From assembly GCA_965208835.1 (NCBI GenBank), contig OZ242358.1, forward strand, positions 1,920,001 to 1,984,000: a stretch of DNA of 64,000 nt, read 5' to 3'. The position numbers were made by a program, and so were the translations under genes. Source of the stretch: Candidatus Latescibacterota bacterium. GTDB lineage: Bacteria > Latescibacterota > UBA2968 > GCA-2709665. This document shows, in pieces, positions 38,762 to 48,706 of this stretch. Numbering within the stretch: the first letter of the stretch is position 1; each line of letters starts with the position of its first letter. The notes below the pieces were generated by a model. The model worked only from the letters and a program-made list of their open reading frames with translations. It searched no databases and was not told where the DNA came from.

Positions 38762-39142
38762 ATGGCCGAGACCTACAGCGAGATTGCGCTCGATCATTTC
38801 AGGAATCCGCGTAACGCGGGTACCATGCACGATGCGGACGGCGCCGCCTCCGTCGAGAATCCGGCGTCCGGCGCGGTGGTGTCGCTTCAGCTTAGAATTG
38901 TCGACGAACGCGTCGTGCACGCGATGTTTCAGTCTCAGGGCTGCACGGCCACCATCGCCGCGGCTTCGGCAGTAACGGTAATGGTTTCGGGCCTCCCGGT
39001 TGCGGCTGCAGGGGCGGTCACAAGGGCGGAGGTGGAGGGCAGGCTGGGCGGACTCCCGCCCACAAGAAGACACGCGGCCGCGCTGGCAATCGATGCAGTC
39101 AGGGCGGCAATCGCGGATTTCAGGGCCCGGGTGGGTGTCTGA
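38762..39142 (+). CDS. IscU/NifU N-terminal-like scaffold protein with degenerate ligands
   Basis: YSE..LDHF.NPRNAG, F...GC and LGGLPP..H. Confidence 0.82.
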   Translation: MAETYSEIALDHFRNPRNAGTMHDADGAASVENPASGAVVSLQLRIVDERVVHAMFQSQGCTATIAAASAVTVMVSGLPVAAAGAVTRAEVEGRLGGLPPTRRHAAALAIDAVRAAIADFRARVGV

Positions 39143-39215
39143 GGGTCTTGAGCCGATTGCACAGAAAAGGACAGGGTACGTCCATTCCCTGTCCTTTTGG
39201 GCTTGTTTGGCGGCC

Positions 39216-40466
39216 ATGGCGAAGAATTCGGAAACTGAACAGCAGAAATTGACCGAGCAGATCAAGCGAAAAGCGCGCGGGATGGGTTTCAGCCCCGTGG
39301 GCGTCGCCCCTGCCGGTCCGCCAGACCACTGGGGCTTCTATCTGGACTGGCTGGCGAAGGGGTATGCCGGCCAGATGGCATATCTTGGCCGGAATCTCGA
39401 CCGTAGGTCGCATCCCGAACAGGTCCTGCCGGGTGCCAGAACGGTCCTCTGTGTGGGAATGAATTATGATCAGGAGAAGGGTGCGCCGCCCGACGGCGAG
39501 CGGACCCGGGGCAGGATCTCCAGGTATGCGAGGGGCGACGATTACCACGACCTGATGACCGCCCGGCTGAAGAGACTGCTGGAGTGGATTCAGACGCTGG
39601 AGCCGGGGGTGAAAGGGCGGGTCTACGTCGACACGGGACCTGTCCTCGAGCGCGATTTTGCCGCCCGTGCCGGCATAGGGTGGTTCGGAAAGCACACCAA
39701 CCTCATTCATAAGCGCAGAGGTTCCTGGTTTTTTCTCGGCGAGATTCTGCTGACCGCGCCCCTGGTTTACGATCGTCCCGTTGCCGACCATTGCGGGACC
39801 TGCACGCTATGTATGGACGCCTGCCCCACCGATGCGATTCCACAGCCCTACGTACTGGATTCCAACCGGTGCATCTCGTACCTGACGATCGAATTGAAGG
39901 GCGCGATTCCGAGACGTTATAGAGAGAAAATGGATGACTGGATCTACGGATGCGATATTTGCCAGGAAGTCTGTCCATGGAACCTTAAACAAGCCAGGCC
40001 TACCGCGGAGCCGGCGCTGAAAGCCCGCGCGGGTCTGGACGCGCCCGAACTCACCGCATTACTTGCCATGGACCAGACGGACTTCAGCCGGAGATTTCGC
40101 GGAAGCCCGATCAAACGCGCAAAACGGCGCGGATTGTTGCGCAACGCAGCCGTGGCTCTGGGCAATCGCGGCACGACCGCCGATATTCCCGCATTGACGG
40201 CAGCGTTATCCGATGCCGAACCCCTCGTCCGCGGCCATGCGGCCTGGGCGCTCGGCCGCATCGGGGGGCCCGCAGCGCGCCGTGCGCTATCAGAAGCACG
40301 CGGCTCCGAGACGGACGCGGCCGTCCGCGACGAAATCGGACAGGCGGTGGACGAAATCGACCGGGGGACCGAATCAGGGGGACCCCGCAACCGCACGCGG
40401 GAAGATCGCGAGACATCCGAGGCGCACAGACATTCCGGAGTGCCGCATGCAGCTTCTCGACATTGA
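39216..40466 (+). CDS. queG: tRNA epoxyqueuosine(34) reductase
   Basis: SRYARGDDYH, VDTGPVLER, CGTCTLCMDACPT, CISYLTIE, GCDICQEVCPWN and a HEAT-repeat tail. Confidence 0.95.
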   Translation: MAKNSETEQQKLTEQIKRKARGMGFSPVGVAPAGPPDHWGFYLDWLAKGYAGQMAYLGRNLDRRSHPEQVLPGARTVLCVGMNYDQEKGAPPDGERTRGRISRYARGDDYHDLMTARLKRLLEWIQTLEPGVKGRVYVDTGPVLERDFAARAGIGWFGKHTNLIHKRRGSWFFLGEILLTAPLVYDRPVADHCGTCTLCMDACPTDAIPQPYVLDSNRCISYLTIELKGAIPRRYREKMDDWIYGCDICQEVCPWNLKQARPTAEPALKARAGLDAPELTALLAMDQTDFSRRFRGSPIKRAKRRGLLRNAAVALGNRGTTADIPALTAALSDAEPLVRGHAAWALGRIGGPAARRALSEARGSETDAAVRDEIGQAVDEIDRGTESGGPRNRTREDRETSEAHRHSGVPHAASRH

Positions 40467-41823
40467 ACGCCGGTCGGACATCAACGCGGCGCCTGCCGTG
40501 GACCAGCCCGGGTCCGGCACGGCGCGCCGGGTCTTTATCGAAACTTACGGCTGTCAGATGAACGTGTCCGATACGGAACTCATGATGGGCGTACTGAAGA
40601 AGGCGGGATTCCGCAGGGCACTTGCCCTTGAAGAAGCGGACGTCGTGCTGTTGAATACCTGCGCCATTCGAGAGCGTGCGGAGGAGCGGGTGGTGGGTCG
40701 TCTTTCGCAGCTCAGCCGGGTGAAACGGGCGCGACCGGATCTCGTTCTCGGCGTGAGCGGATGCATGGCCAAGCACCTTGCAGAGCAACTTCTGGATAGA
40801 CTTCCGTACGTGGACCTCGTCGTCGGACCCGATTCCTATCGCCGCCTGCCCGAGCTGATCGGGGAAGCTGCCGGAAATCCCGCACTGGACGTGCGGCTGG
40901 ACCGGGGAGAGGACTATCTGGAACTCGATCCCGTTCGCCAGGAGGGTACCAACGCCTGGATCACGATCATGCGGGGATGCGACAAGTTCTGCACGTTCTG
41001 CATCGTGCCCTATGTTCGCGGTCGCGAGCGGAGCGTGCCCGCAGGCGACCTGCTGCGACAGGTGCGGTTGGCTGCATCGGAAGGATTCCAGGAAGTAACC
41101 CTGCTCGGTCAGACCGTAAACTCCTATCATGACGGCGAAACCGATTTTGCCGACCTTCTGAAGATGGTTGCCAGCGTGGAGGGTATACGCAGGATTCGCT
41201 TTACGTCGCCGCATCCAAGCGATTTTTCGGACAAACTGATCGGTACCATCGCGGAAGAAAGCAAGATCTGCCGATTCATCCACCTGCCGGTCCAGTCCGG
41301 TTCCGACAGGGTCCTTGAGGCTATGAAGCGGACCTATTCCTCCGGCCGGTACGTCGACCTGGTCGACCGCCTGCGCTCAGCCCTGCCGGGGCTCTGTTTG
41401 TCCACGGATGTCATCGTCGGATTCCCCGGCGAGGACGATTCGGACTTCGAGTCGACCATGGCGCTGATGAGACACGTTCGGTACGATTCGGCCTTTATGT
41501 TCAAATATTCGCCTCGGAAGGGTACGGTGGCCTACCGGGAGATTCCCGATACGGTGCCGGAGACCGAGAAATCGCGGCGGCTCCAGGCCGTAATCGCCCA
41601 GCAGACGGGAATCTCCGGCGAGATCAACCGTCGTTATGTCGGACGCCTGCAGGAGGTGCTCGTCGAGGGCGACGCGCGGCGCGGCAAGGGACAGGCAGTA
41701 GGAAAGTCGGACGGATTCAAGACGGTCGTGTTCCCAAGGGACGGTATCCGGACCAATACATTTGTGGATGTCAGAATCACCGACGCGACGTCTCACACGC
41801 TGATCGGTCGGCCCGAATACTAA
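40447..41823 (+). CDS. miaB: tRNA-2-methylthio-N6-dimethylallyladenosine synthase
   Basis: TYGCQMN, NTCAIRE, GCDKFCTFCIVP, RFTSPHP and a TRAM domain. Confidence 0.95.
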   Translation: MQLLDIERRSDINAAPAVDQPGSGTARRVFIETYGCQMNVSDTELMMGVLKKAGFRRALALEEADVVLLNTCAIRERAEERVVGRLSQLSRVKRARPDLVLGVSGCMAKHLAEQLLDRLPYVDLVVGPDSYRRLPELIGEAAGNPALDVRLDRGEDYLELDPVRQEGTNAWITIMRGCDKFCTFCIVPYVRGRERSVPAGDLLRQVRLAASEGFQEVTLLGQTVNSYHDGETDFADLLKMVASVEGIRRIRFTSPHPSDFSDKLIGTIAEESKICRFIHLPVQSGSDRVLEAMKRTYSSGRYVDLVDRLRSALPGLCLSTDVIVGFPGEDDSDFESTMALMRHVRYDSAFMFKYSPRKGTVAYREIPDTVPETEKSRRLQAVIAQQTGISGEINRRYVGRLQEVLVEGDARRGKGQAVGKSDGFKTVVFPRDGIRTNTFVDVRITDATSHTLIGRPEY

Positions 41824-41869
41824 GAAGCGGAGCGCGACCCGGTAAGCGACGACCTGCCGGCACGCCACT

Positions 41870-42757
41870 ATGTTTCTGCAAATCGAAAACCAGAACCCGC
41901 GAAGAAACCGCCGTTTGCCGGACTGGTTCCGTGTGCCTGCGCCCGGCAACGCAGGATACCGGGAATTAAAGCGCCTCATGCGTGAACTGGGCCTTCACAC
42001 CGTTTGCGAGAGCGCGAAGTGTCCGAATATTGGTGAATGCTGGGGCGCGGGTACGGCTACGTTCATGATACTGGGAGACATCTGTACTCGCAGTTGCGGG
42101 TTTTGTGCGGTAAAAACCGGACGGCCGCAAGGTCTCGACACAGATGAACCCGGCAGGGTTGCCGAGGCCGTTGTGCAGTTGGGTTTGAGACACGCCGTTG
42201 TGACTTCGGTTAACCGTGACGAATTGCCGGACGGAGGCGCGTCGATATTCGCGGCGACCATCCGGGAAATCCGCCGGCTGCGCCCCGAGACGCGGGTGGA
42301 GGTACTGATTCCGGATTTTCAGGGAAACTGGCCGGCGCTCGATACCGTGATGTCGGCCGGCCCCGACATTCTGAATCACAACGTGGAGACGCCTCCCAGG
42401 CTCTATCGCCTGATGCGTCCCCAGGCGAACTACGCCCAATCCCTCGAATTGCTGCGCCGCGCCGGAATCACCAATCCAGGTATCCCGACGAAATCCGGCA
42501 TCATGGTCGGCGCGGGCGAAACCGTGGAAGAGGTGTATCAGACCATCGACGACATTGCCGAACAGGGGACGGCAATTCTCACGGTGGGTCAATATCTGCA
42601 ACCTTCTCCGGCGCACGTTTCCATTTCCAGATTCTACCGACCGGAAGAATTCGAGAACATCCGGCTTTTTGCGGAGATGCGAGGATTCCGGCACGTGGAA
42701 TCGGGTCCGCTTGTACGGAGTTCATACCACGCCGCAAGCCAGGTCGTTGCAGGATGA
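41870..42757 (+). CDS. lipA: Lipoyl synthase
   Basis: [21 protein letters not shown] and VRSSYHA. Confidence 0.96.
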   Translation: MFLQIENQNPRRNRRLPDWFRVPAPGNAGYRELKRLMRELGLHTVCESAKCPNIGECWGAGTATFMILGDICTRSCGFCAVKTGRPQGLDTDEPGRVAEAVVQLGLRHAVVTSVNRDELPDGGASIFAATIREIRRLRPETRVEVLIPDFQGNWPALDTVMSAGPDILNHNVETPPRLYRLMRPQANYAQSLELLRRAGITNPGIPTKSGIMVGAGETVEEVYQTIDDIAEQGTAILTVGQYLQPSPAHVSISRFYRPEEFENIRLFAEMRGFRHVESGPLVRSSYHAASQVVAG

Positions 42758-42761
42758 GCCC

Positions 42762-43154
42762 GTGTTCAAATTGAATCGATGGCGTCCGAAGGGCCGGGGC
42801 AGTGCCGCTCAGACCGGCCGGGAACGCGACGGACGAAACCCGAGATTTATGCGGGTGGCTTCGATGAATGAAGTCCCGCCCGGAACCGGCAAACTCGTCA
42901 TGATGATGGGCCGCGAGATCGGGCTGTTCAACGTGGGCGGCAGAATCGAGGCGATTGACAATACCTGTCCACACAACCAGCGACCCATCGGGACCGACGG
43001 GATCACAGGCGGCACGGTGACCTGTTTCTGGCACAACCTGACGTTCGATCTTGAATCGGGCGCCTGTACCGAGGCGCCTCATTTCAGAATCACGAAATAC
43101 CCCGTGCGCGTCCGGAAGCAGGAGATCTACGTGTCTCCCGACGCGAAGATCTGA
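42762..43154 (+). CDS. Rieske (2Fe-2S) ferredoxin
   Basis: CPH...CFWH Rieske ligands. The start may instead be ATG 42849. Confidence 0.82.
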   Translation: MFKLNRWRPKGRGSAAQTGRERDGRNPRFMRVASMNEVPPGTGKLVMMMGREIGLFNVGGRIEAIDNTCPHNQRPIGTDGITGGTVTCFWHNLTFDLESGACTEAPHFRITKYPVRVRKQEIYVSPDAKI

Positions 43155-43262
43155 GGGATCGCCGGGTGCTTTGGAGTTGACTTGAATATTGGAGTTCGAT
43201 AAATTGCCTGTTTGGGCCCGGGAAGGTTAGCCCTTCGCCCGAGGGATACTCCGGGCGGCGGC

Positions 43263-43429
43263 TAGTGTTCTGTCCCGGAAATAAGTTGCCTGAATTCGAC
43301 CGCAGAGTCGCCTGGCTCGCAAGGCGCCCGAACGCAGGCGACCTGCGTAAGGTCGGCGAGCGAGGGGAACGTAGCGAGACAGGATGAATCGGCGGTCGAA
43401 TGGTGAGGAATTTTTGGGACAGGACACTA
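43263..43429 (-). mobile_element. MITE family C, copy 2
   Basis: CTAG-TGTTCTGTCC ... GGACAGGACA-CTAG, the reverse complement of 15956-16122. Confidence 0.85.
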
Positions 43430-43457
43430 GGTCCCATCAATCTCGGAGACGCGGGAA

Positions 43458-44834
43458 ATGAGAAATAAGGATCGGCTTTGGATAGGCGTCCTGCTGTTTG
43501 CGGGCATTTTGCTCCTGGGCGTAGAGGGGCGCGGTGCCGAGGCGGAGCCGCTGGATCTGCCGTTTATAGGCGAAGGAGATCTGGCGTTCTTCACCGACAC
43601 CGCGGGATTCCAGGCGTCCGTGGGGTTCACCCGACAGGAAATCTACGTCCTGCTGGACGCGAGTCAGTTGAAATTCAGGCGAAAGAGAAAACGATATGAA
43701 GCAGAAATGGAACTATCCGTCTCGCTGACCGATTCCGGGGGCGTCGTCGTCAACCAGGAGACCTGGAAGCGGAAGGTCTGGGTTGAAAATGCCGACGACG
43801 TCGAAGGCGCGGGACTGCCGTTTCGCGATATGATCGGATTCGATCTGAAGCCGGGCGCCTATAGAATGACCCTTGCAATTCGAGATCTTAAAGAGAAAAA
43901 GAACGGCGTGGCGACAGGAGACCTGCAGGTCCGCGATTTCGAGGAGCAGACATTGAAATCCAGCGATCTCCTGTTCGCATCGGGACTGTCCAGAACAGGC
44001 GCCGAAGGCAGGTTTTCGAGATACGGATGGCTGGTGACTCCCAACGTCACCCGGACCTATCCCGCTGGCGGGGATATCGAAGTCTATTTCGAGATCTATC
44101 ACCTCTCAGCCCCTGTCGAGGGTGCTGACAATACGTTTCTGCTGGGTTACAGCCTGCTGGATACCGCCGGCACGGTGGTGGCGAAGTTTGCCGACCAGCG
44201 ACTGATGAAGCCGGGTGCCAGCGCAGTAAAGACGGAGATCTTCAATACCGGAGACCTGGCTCCGGACCGGTACTTTTTCCAGGTCGAGGCGCTGGATCGG
44301 AGCAATCGCGCCGTCCACAGGATGAGACGGATGATTTCCCTGGCGCGGCAGCAGGAAGTCGTGGAATTGACACAGGAGGAAAAGGAAAATGTCCGGTATT
44401 ACAGGGATATCCGATATATCGCCAGGGGTTCGCAGTGGAAGGAATACAGGAAACTGAAGAATCGACGGGACCAGATGACGTTCCTGAAGGCGTTCTGGAA
44501 GGAACTGGATCCAACGCCTGCGACCGACGAAAACGAGCGCCTGATCCAGCACATCTTTCGAATGCGCTATGCGGAGAACAACTACGCGGCCGGCCGGGGC
44601 AAGCGCGGGTCGGATACGGATAAGGGTCGAATTTACATCAAGTTTGGCGAGCCGAGCGATATCCAGTACAACCTGGCGGCGTCCAACGAAAAGCCGTTTG
44701 AGGTCTGGACTTACGAAGAACAGCGCGGTGTCAGATTCATATTCATGGATCGCCGTGGCGCCGGTGTCTTCGAGCTTGTACACTCCACACATCCGACGGA
44801 AACGTATAATCCGAATTGGCGGCTGATGGAGTAG
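43458..44834 (+). CDS. GWxTD domain-containing secreted protein
   Basis: Signal peptide and FW..LDPTP.T.ENE..R.RYA...GSDTDKGRIYIKFGEP..EVWTY, where GSDTD is a variant of GWxTD. Confidence 0.85.
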   Translation: MRNKDRLWIGVLLFAGILLLGVEGRGAEAEPLDLPFIGEGDLAFFTDTAGFQASVGFTRQEIYVLLDASQLKFRRKRKRYEAEMELSVSLTDSGGVVVNQETWKRKVWVENADDVEGAGLPFRDMIGFDLKPGAYRMTLAIRDLKEKKNGVATGDLQVRDFEEQTLKSSDLLFASGLSRTGAEGRFSRYGWLVTPNVTRTYPAGGDIEVYFEIYHLSAPVEGADNTFLLGYSLLDTAGTVVAKFADQRLMKPGASAVKTEIFNTGDLAPDRYFFQVEALDRSNRAVHRMRRMISLARQQEVVELTQEEKENVRYYRDIRYIARGSQWKEYRKLKNRRDQMTFLKAFWKELDPTPATDENERLIQHIFRMRYAENNYAAGRGKRGSDTDKGRIYIKFGEPSDIQYNLAASNEKPFEVWTYEEQRGVRFIFMDRRGAGVFELVHSTHPTETYNPNWRLME

Positions 44835-44928
44835 CGCCCGGCATGCGGCCGGGAACCTCGGGGTCGGCGCGGTCCCGGGTTCGCGGGATTTACTGACTCC
44901 GGGCGCGGAACCATCCAGGGGAATCGCA

Positions 44929-47900
44929 GTGGATCCAAGATTTCTCCAGGAAGACGGCATTGGGATCTTCACCGGCAATGAACTCATTGTCAAGGGCGGT
45001 CTGGAGCACCGCATGGGTATGCTTACCGGTTACCCCGGTTCTCCGGTCGCAGAGGTCTTCGATGCCGCGGAGCGCATCCGGGAACTGCTGGTGGAGCAGG
45101 GCGTGGTGGTGCAGATCGCCAACAACGAAGCACTCAGCGCCGCGCGGCTGAACGGTTCCCAGATGACGCCCGTGCGCGCAATGGCGGTGATGAAGAGCGT
45201 GGGGGCCCACGTTGCTTCCGACGGGCTCGCGCTCGGCAATATGGCGGGGACGGCGCCTGGTGGCGCGGCGGTGGCTGTGTTCGGCGACGATACGTGGTCG
45301 GAAGGCACACAGGTTCCCGCCGATTCGCGGTTTATTGCAAAACATCTGTATATGCCCATTCTGGAGCCGAGTACTTTCCAGGAGGTCAAGGACTGGATCG
45401 GTGTCGCGTTCGATCTATCGGAAAAGACCCGCCTCTATGTGGCCTATCTCATTACCTCCAACCAGGCGGACGGCGGGGGCACCGTTACCGTGGCGCCGAA
45501 TCGTTTTCCCGACCTCACGCCGCACGCGCCCGTAACGATCGACAGCGGGTCGATCCCTCTCGACGACAGGGTGATCATACCCCCAAGCACCGCCATCAAG
45601 GAGGAAGACGTACTCCACAGACGGATGCCGGAATTGCTGGGGTACGCCCGCGAGTACAACCTCAACCGTATTCTGTATGGGCCTGCTTCGGGGAAGAGAC
45701 GCATCGGCTTCATCAGTTCCAGCCTCGCCTATTGCTATCTGGAGCATGTGATGAACATGCTGGGGCTCGAAGGCAGCATACCCATTCTGAAATACGGCCT
45801 GACGTATCCGATCGACCCGGAACCCCTGAGTACCTTCGTGGGATTCGTCGACGATATATACGTGGTGGAAGAAAAGCGGGGGTTCCTGGAGGGGCAAGTT
45901 GCGGCCGCGCTTCAGGGATTGCATCAGGATGGAGAAATCGGGCCGTTCCGTATCTGGGGCAAGCGTTTTCCTAACGGTCAACCGGGCTTTCCGGACAGCA
46001 AGGGAATGAACCCGTCCATCCTGCTCAAGGCGCTCGCCCCCGTCTTGCTGGATCTGGACGATCCCGAGATACCCGTCGACCGCGAGCGGATCCTGTCGGA
46101 GGTCGACCTCGTCGATGAGACGGCCGGCTACCAGGTGCAGGCGGCCGTACGTACCCCCTCCTTCTGTCCGGGTTGCCCGCATCGGGATTCCGCAAGCGTG
46201 CTCAATCGCGTCATCGACGACTTCAGCAGTGCGGAGTATATGCAGAAACACCATCAAAGAGATACGGCCGACCTGGTTTTTCACGGTGATATCGGTTGTT
46301 ATTCCCTGTTGAAATACAAGCCCTTCGACCGGCTGATGCACAACTTGTCCGGGATGGGGCTGGGCGGCGGCACGGGAGCCGGGATCGATCCCTATATTGA
46401 CAACAAGCAGCTTGTCTTCATGGGAGATTCGACATTTTTCCACAGCGGAATGGCGGCGATATCCGATTCGATAAAGCACGGGCAGGACATCACCTACGTC
46501 ATTCTGGACAATAAGACAACGGCAATGACCGGCCACCAGCCCACGCCCGGCGTTGACGTGGATATTCTGGGCAAGCCAACGTTCGCCCAGGATATCGAGC
46601 ATGTTGTGCGGGGCATGGCGGGCGACGGAGACAGCGTCTTTATCGCGAGGATGAATCCGGCGGAACGAGCGCCTTACCGGCAGACACTGGAACGCGCGCT
46701 GCTGAAGGATGGTGTCAAGATCGTTATTGCCGACAAGGAATGCGGGATCACGTTCCACCGCAGGCAGCGCGCGATGCAGAACGAGATCGTTCAGGATACA
46801 GGATACCTTCCGGAGGAACGTCACATCAACATTACGCCGGAGGTCTGCGAATATTGCCTTGAATGCACGCGGGCGACCGGATGCAGCGGATTGACGGTGG
46901 AGGAGACGTTGCATGGTCCCAAAATTGCCACCGATCTCTCCCTGTGTGTGTCGGACGGCGCCTGCACGAGGGTGACCGTTTCGAATGGCGATGGCACCTG
47001 CCCGTCGTTCGAGGAGGTAATCATTACACGCAGCCGCCCGGCGGAAAGACAGACGGAAGCCATCGACCTGTCGGATTTGCCGCCGCCCGATGTGAAAACC
47101 TTCGACGCCACCTGGTACGCGTACATTGCCGGGGTGGGCGGCATGGGCATCAATACGATCGCGGCGATTCTCTCCGTGGCAGGCGCACGGCAGGGCTATG
47201 CCGTTCGATTCACGAACAAAAAGGGGCTGGCCATCCGAAACGGGGCCGTATACTCCCACGTGAGTTTTACGAAGGGTGACCGCGTCATTTCACAGATCAC
47301 CCCGTACGGCCATGCCGATCTGCTTCTTGGCCTGGATATCCTGGAGGCGGTGCGCGGTCTGGAATCGATGGGTAACGGGCGCGTCGCCAGCCCGAGACAT
47401 ACGTCCGCGGTGGTGGAGACGGGGAAGCGGCACACGGTACTTACGCTTACCGGACAGGACGAATTCGATACGGCTGAAATGGAGGGGGTGCTCAAACGCC
47501 ATACGAAGCCCGAGGGTTATTTCGGGATGGACCTGGGGGAGATCTCCGAGCGTTTCCTGGGCAACAAGATCTATGCGAACAGCATCCTTCTCGGGGTGGC
47601 CTATCAGCGGGGCGTGTTGCCGCTGGATCTGGAAAACATCACGTGGTCGATGCGGCGCAACATCAAACGCAGCGATCTCGATCCCAATTTGAAAGCCTTC
47701 GATCTCGGCCGCAAGATCGCCATCGAACCGGAAGTCGTCGCGCAGGAGAAACCTTCGCTTTCTTGCAGCGAACTGATCGAAGACAAGGCCGGGATTCTGG
47801 AACGCGGAAAGGGCGGGAAAGCGAGGTCCGCGTACCTGGAACTGACGGCCGGCGTGGCGTTGTTGGGCCTTGCTGAAGAGGATCGTCTGCAGTTCGCCCT

Positions 47901-48534
47901 GGGTGTGTACGATCTGATGCAGTGGGACGGCGCGGAGTACGCCGGAAGTTACGTACGGCGGGTGCGCAAGGTGTACGAAAAGGATCGGCCGGAGGAGGAG
48001 TACGAAGCCACCCGTGCGGTTATCAGATACCTGCCACGCGTGATGGCCTACAAGGACGAAGTGTACGTCGCACATCTGCTGACAAGCGAAGAGAAATACC
48101 TGCGCGATCGCGAGCGTTATAATGTGTGCGCCGAGCGCGGTGACCGGATTTCGTATCGCCACTTCAACCGGGGTAATTTCAATATCCTCGGGTTCAACGT
48201 CTATCTCAAGCTGACCACCCGGGACTGGATGCTGAAACTGATGAAGCGTATGAAATTCCTGCGCAAGCTGATGCCGTCGTGGCATAAGGAGGAAAAGGCT
48301 TACCGCGACTGGTATATCGATTTTGTCGATCGGTTCGAATTCGATCACCAGGAGAGGTACGGAGACTACGTGCGGTTGTTCCGGATGCCTGACGAGGTGC
48401 GCGGGTATCGTGAGGTTATCCGTCCCAAGATCGACGCCGCGTATCAGGCTGCGGCGGCGATGATGGACGGCAACGGACACCCCTCGTCTACCGAACCCTA
48501 TCTTTCAATCGAGCCCGTTGTCGAACAGGTCTGA
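44929..48534 (+). CDS. Indolepyruvate:ferredoxin oxidoreductase family protein, fused alpha/beta
   Basis: TGYPGSP, PSFCPGCPHR, GDIGCY, TPP motif GDSTFFHSG..LDN, ferredoxin Cys, GVGGMG and MAYKDE. Confidence 0.88.
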   Translation: MDPRFLQEDGIGIFTGNELIVKGGLEHRMGMLTGYPGSPVAEVFDAAERIRELLVEQGVVVQIANNEALSAARLNGSQMTPVRAMAVMKSVGAHVASDGLALGNMAGTAPGGAAVAVFGDDTWSEGTQVPADSRFIAKHLYMPILEPSTFQEVKDWIGVAFDLSEKTRLYVAYLITSNQADGGGTVTVAPNRFPDLTPHAPVTIDSGSIPLDDRVIIPPSTAIKEEDVLHRRMPELLGYAREYNLNRILYGPASGKRRIGFISSSLAYCYLEHVMNMLGLEGSIPILKYGLTYPIDPEPLSTFVGFVDDIYVVEEKRGFLEGQVAAALQGLHQDGEIGPFRIWGKRFPNGQPGFPDSKGMNPSILLKALAPVLLDLDDPEIPVDRERILSEVDLVDETAGYQVQAAVRTPSFCPGCPHRDSASVLNRVIDDFSSAEYMQKHHQRDTADLVFHGDIGCYSLLKYKPFDRLMHNLSGMGLGGGTGAGIDPYIDNKQLVFMGDSTFFHSGMAAISDSIKHGQDITYVILDNKTTAMTGHQPTPGVDVDILGKPTFAQDIEHVVRGMAGDGDSVFIARMNPAERAPYRQTLERALLKDGVKIVIADKECGITFHRRQRAMQNEIVQDTGYLPEERHINITPEVCEYCLECTRATGCSGLTVEETLHGPKIATDLSLCVSDGACTRVTVSNGDGTCPSFEEVIITRSRPAERQTEAIDLSDLPPPDVKTFDATWYAYIAGVGGMGINTIAAILSVAGARQGYAVRFTNKKGLAIRNGAVYSHVSFTKGDRVISQITPYGHADLLLGLDILEAVRGLESMGNGRVASPRHTSAVVETGKRHTVLTLTGQDEFDTAEMEGVLKRHTKPEGYFGMDLGEISERFLGNKIYANSILLGVAYQRGVLPLDLENITWSMRRNIKRSDLDPNLKAFDLGRKIAIEPEVVAQEKPSLSCSELIEDKAGILERGKGGKARSAYLELTAGVALLGLAEEDRLQFALGVYDLMQWDGAEYAGSYVRRVRKVYEKDRPEEEYEATRAVIRYLPRVMAYKDEVYVAHLLTSEEKYLRDRERYNVCAERGDRISYRHFNRGNFNILGFNVYLKLTTRDWMLKLMKRMKFLRKLMPSWHKEEKAYRDWYIDFVDRFEFDHQERYGDYVRLFRMPDEVRGYREVIRPKIDAAYQAAAAMMDGNGHPSSTEPYLSIEPVVEQV

Positions 48535-48540
48535 TTCTAA

Positions 48541-48602
48541 GAAGCTGTTTTAAAATTACCGTTGAGTTCCCGAGCGCGAGCGAAAAAGTGGCGGTCAAGA
48601 GG
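48541..48602 (-). repeat. MITE family B, truncated end
   Basis: GAAGCTGTTTTAAAATTACCG..GAGTTCCCGAGCGCGAGCGAAAAAGTGGCGGTCAAG. Confidence 0.8.
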
Positions 48603-48636
48603 AACGAGGGGCGCGCGGCGGTCTCACGGCGTCTGT

Positions 48637-48695
48637 CAGTGTTCTGTCCGGGAAACCGGTTGCCGAATGGTTGGAAATTTTCGGGACGGGACACC
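48637..48695 (-). repeat. MITE family C, minimal remnant with both ends and the core deleted
   Basis: AGTGTTCTGTCCGGGAAA...GAATGGT.GGAAATTTTCGGGACGGGACAC. Confidence 0.65.
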
Positions 48696-48706
48696 GGGAA
48701 GGGGAT

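Noticed and set aside
45415-47259. Long antisense ORFs (also 12384-13751, 36696-38162 and 57771-59402)
   Set aside because: These are mirror frames of well-supported genes in GC-rich DNA and carry no motifs.
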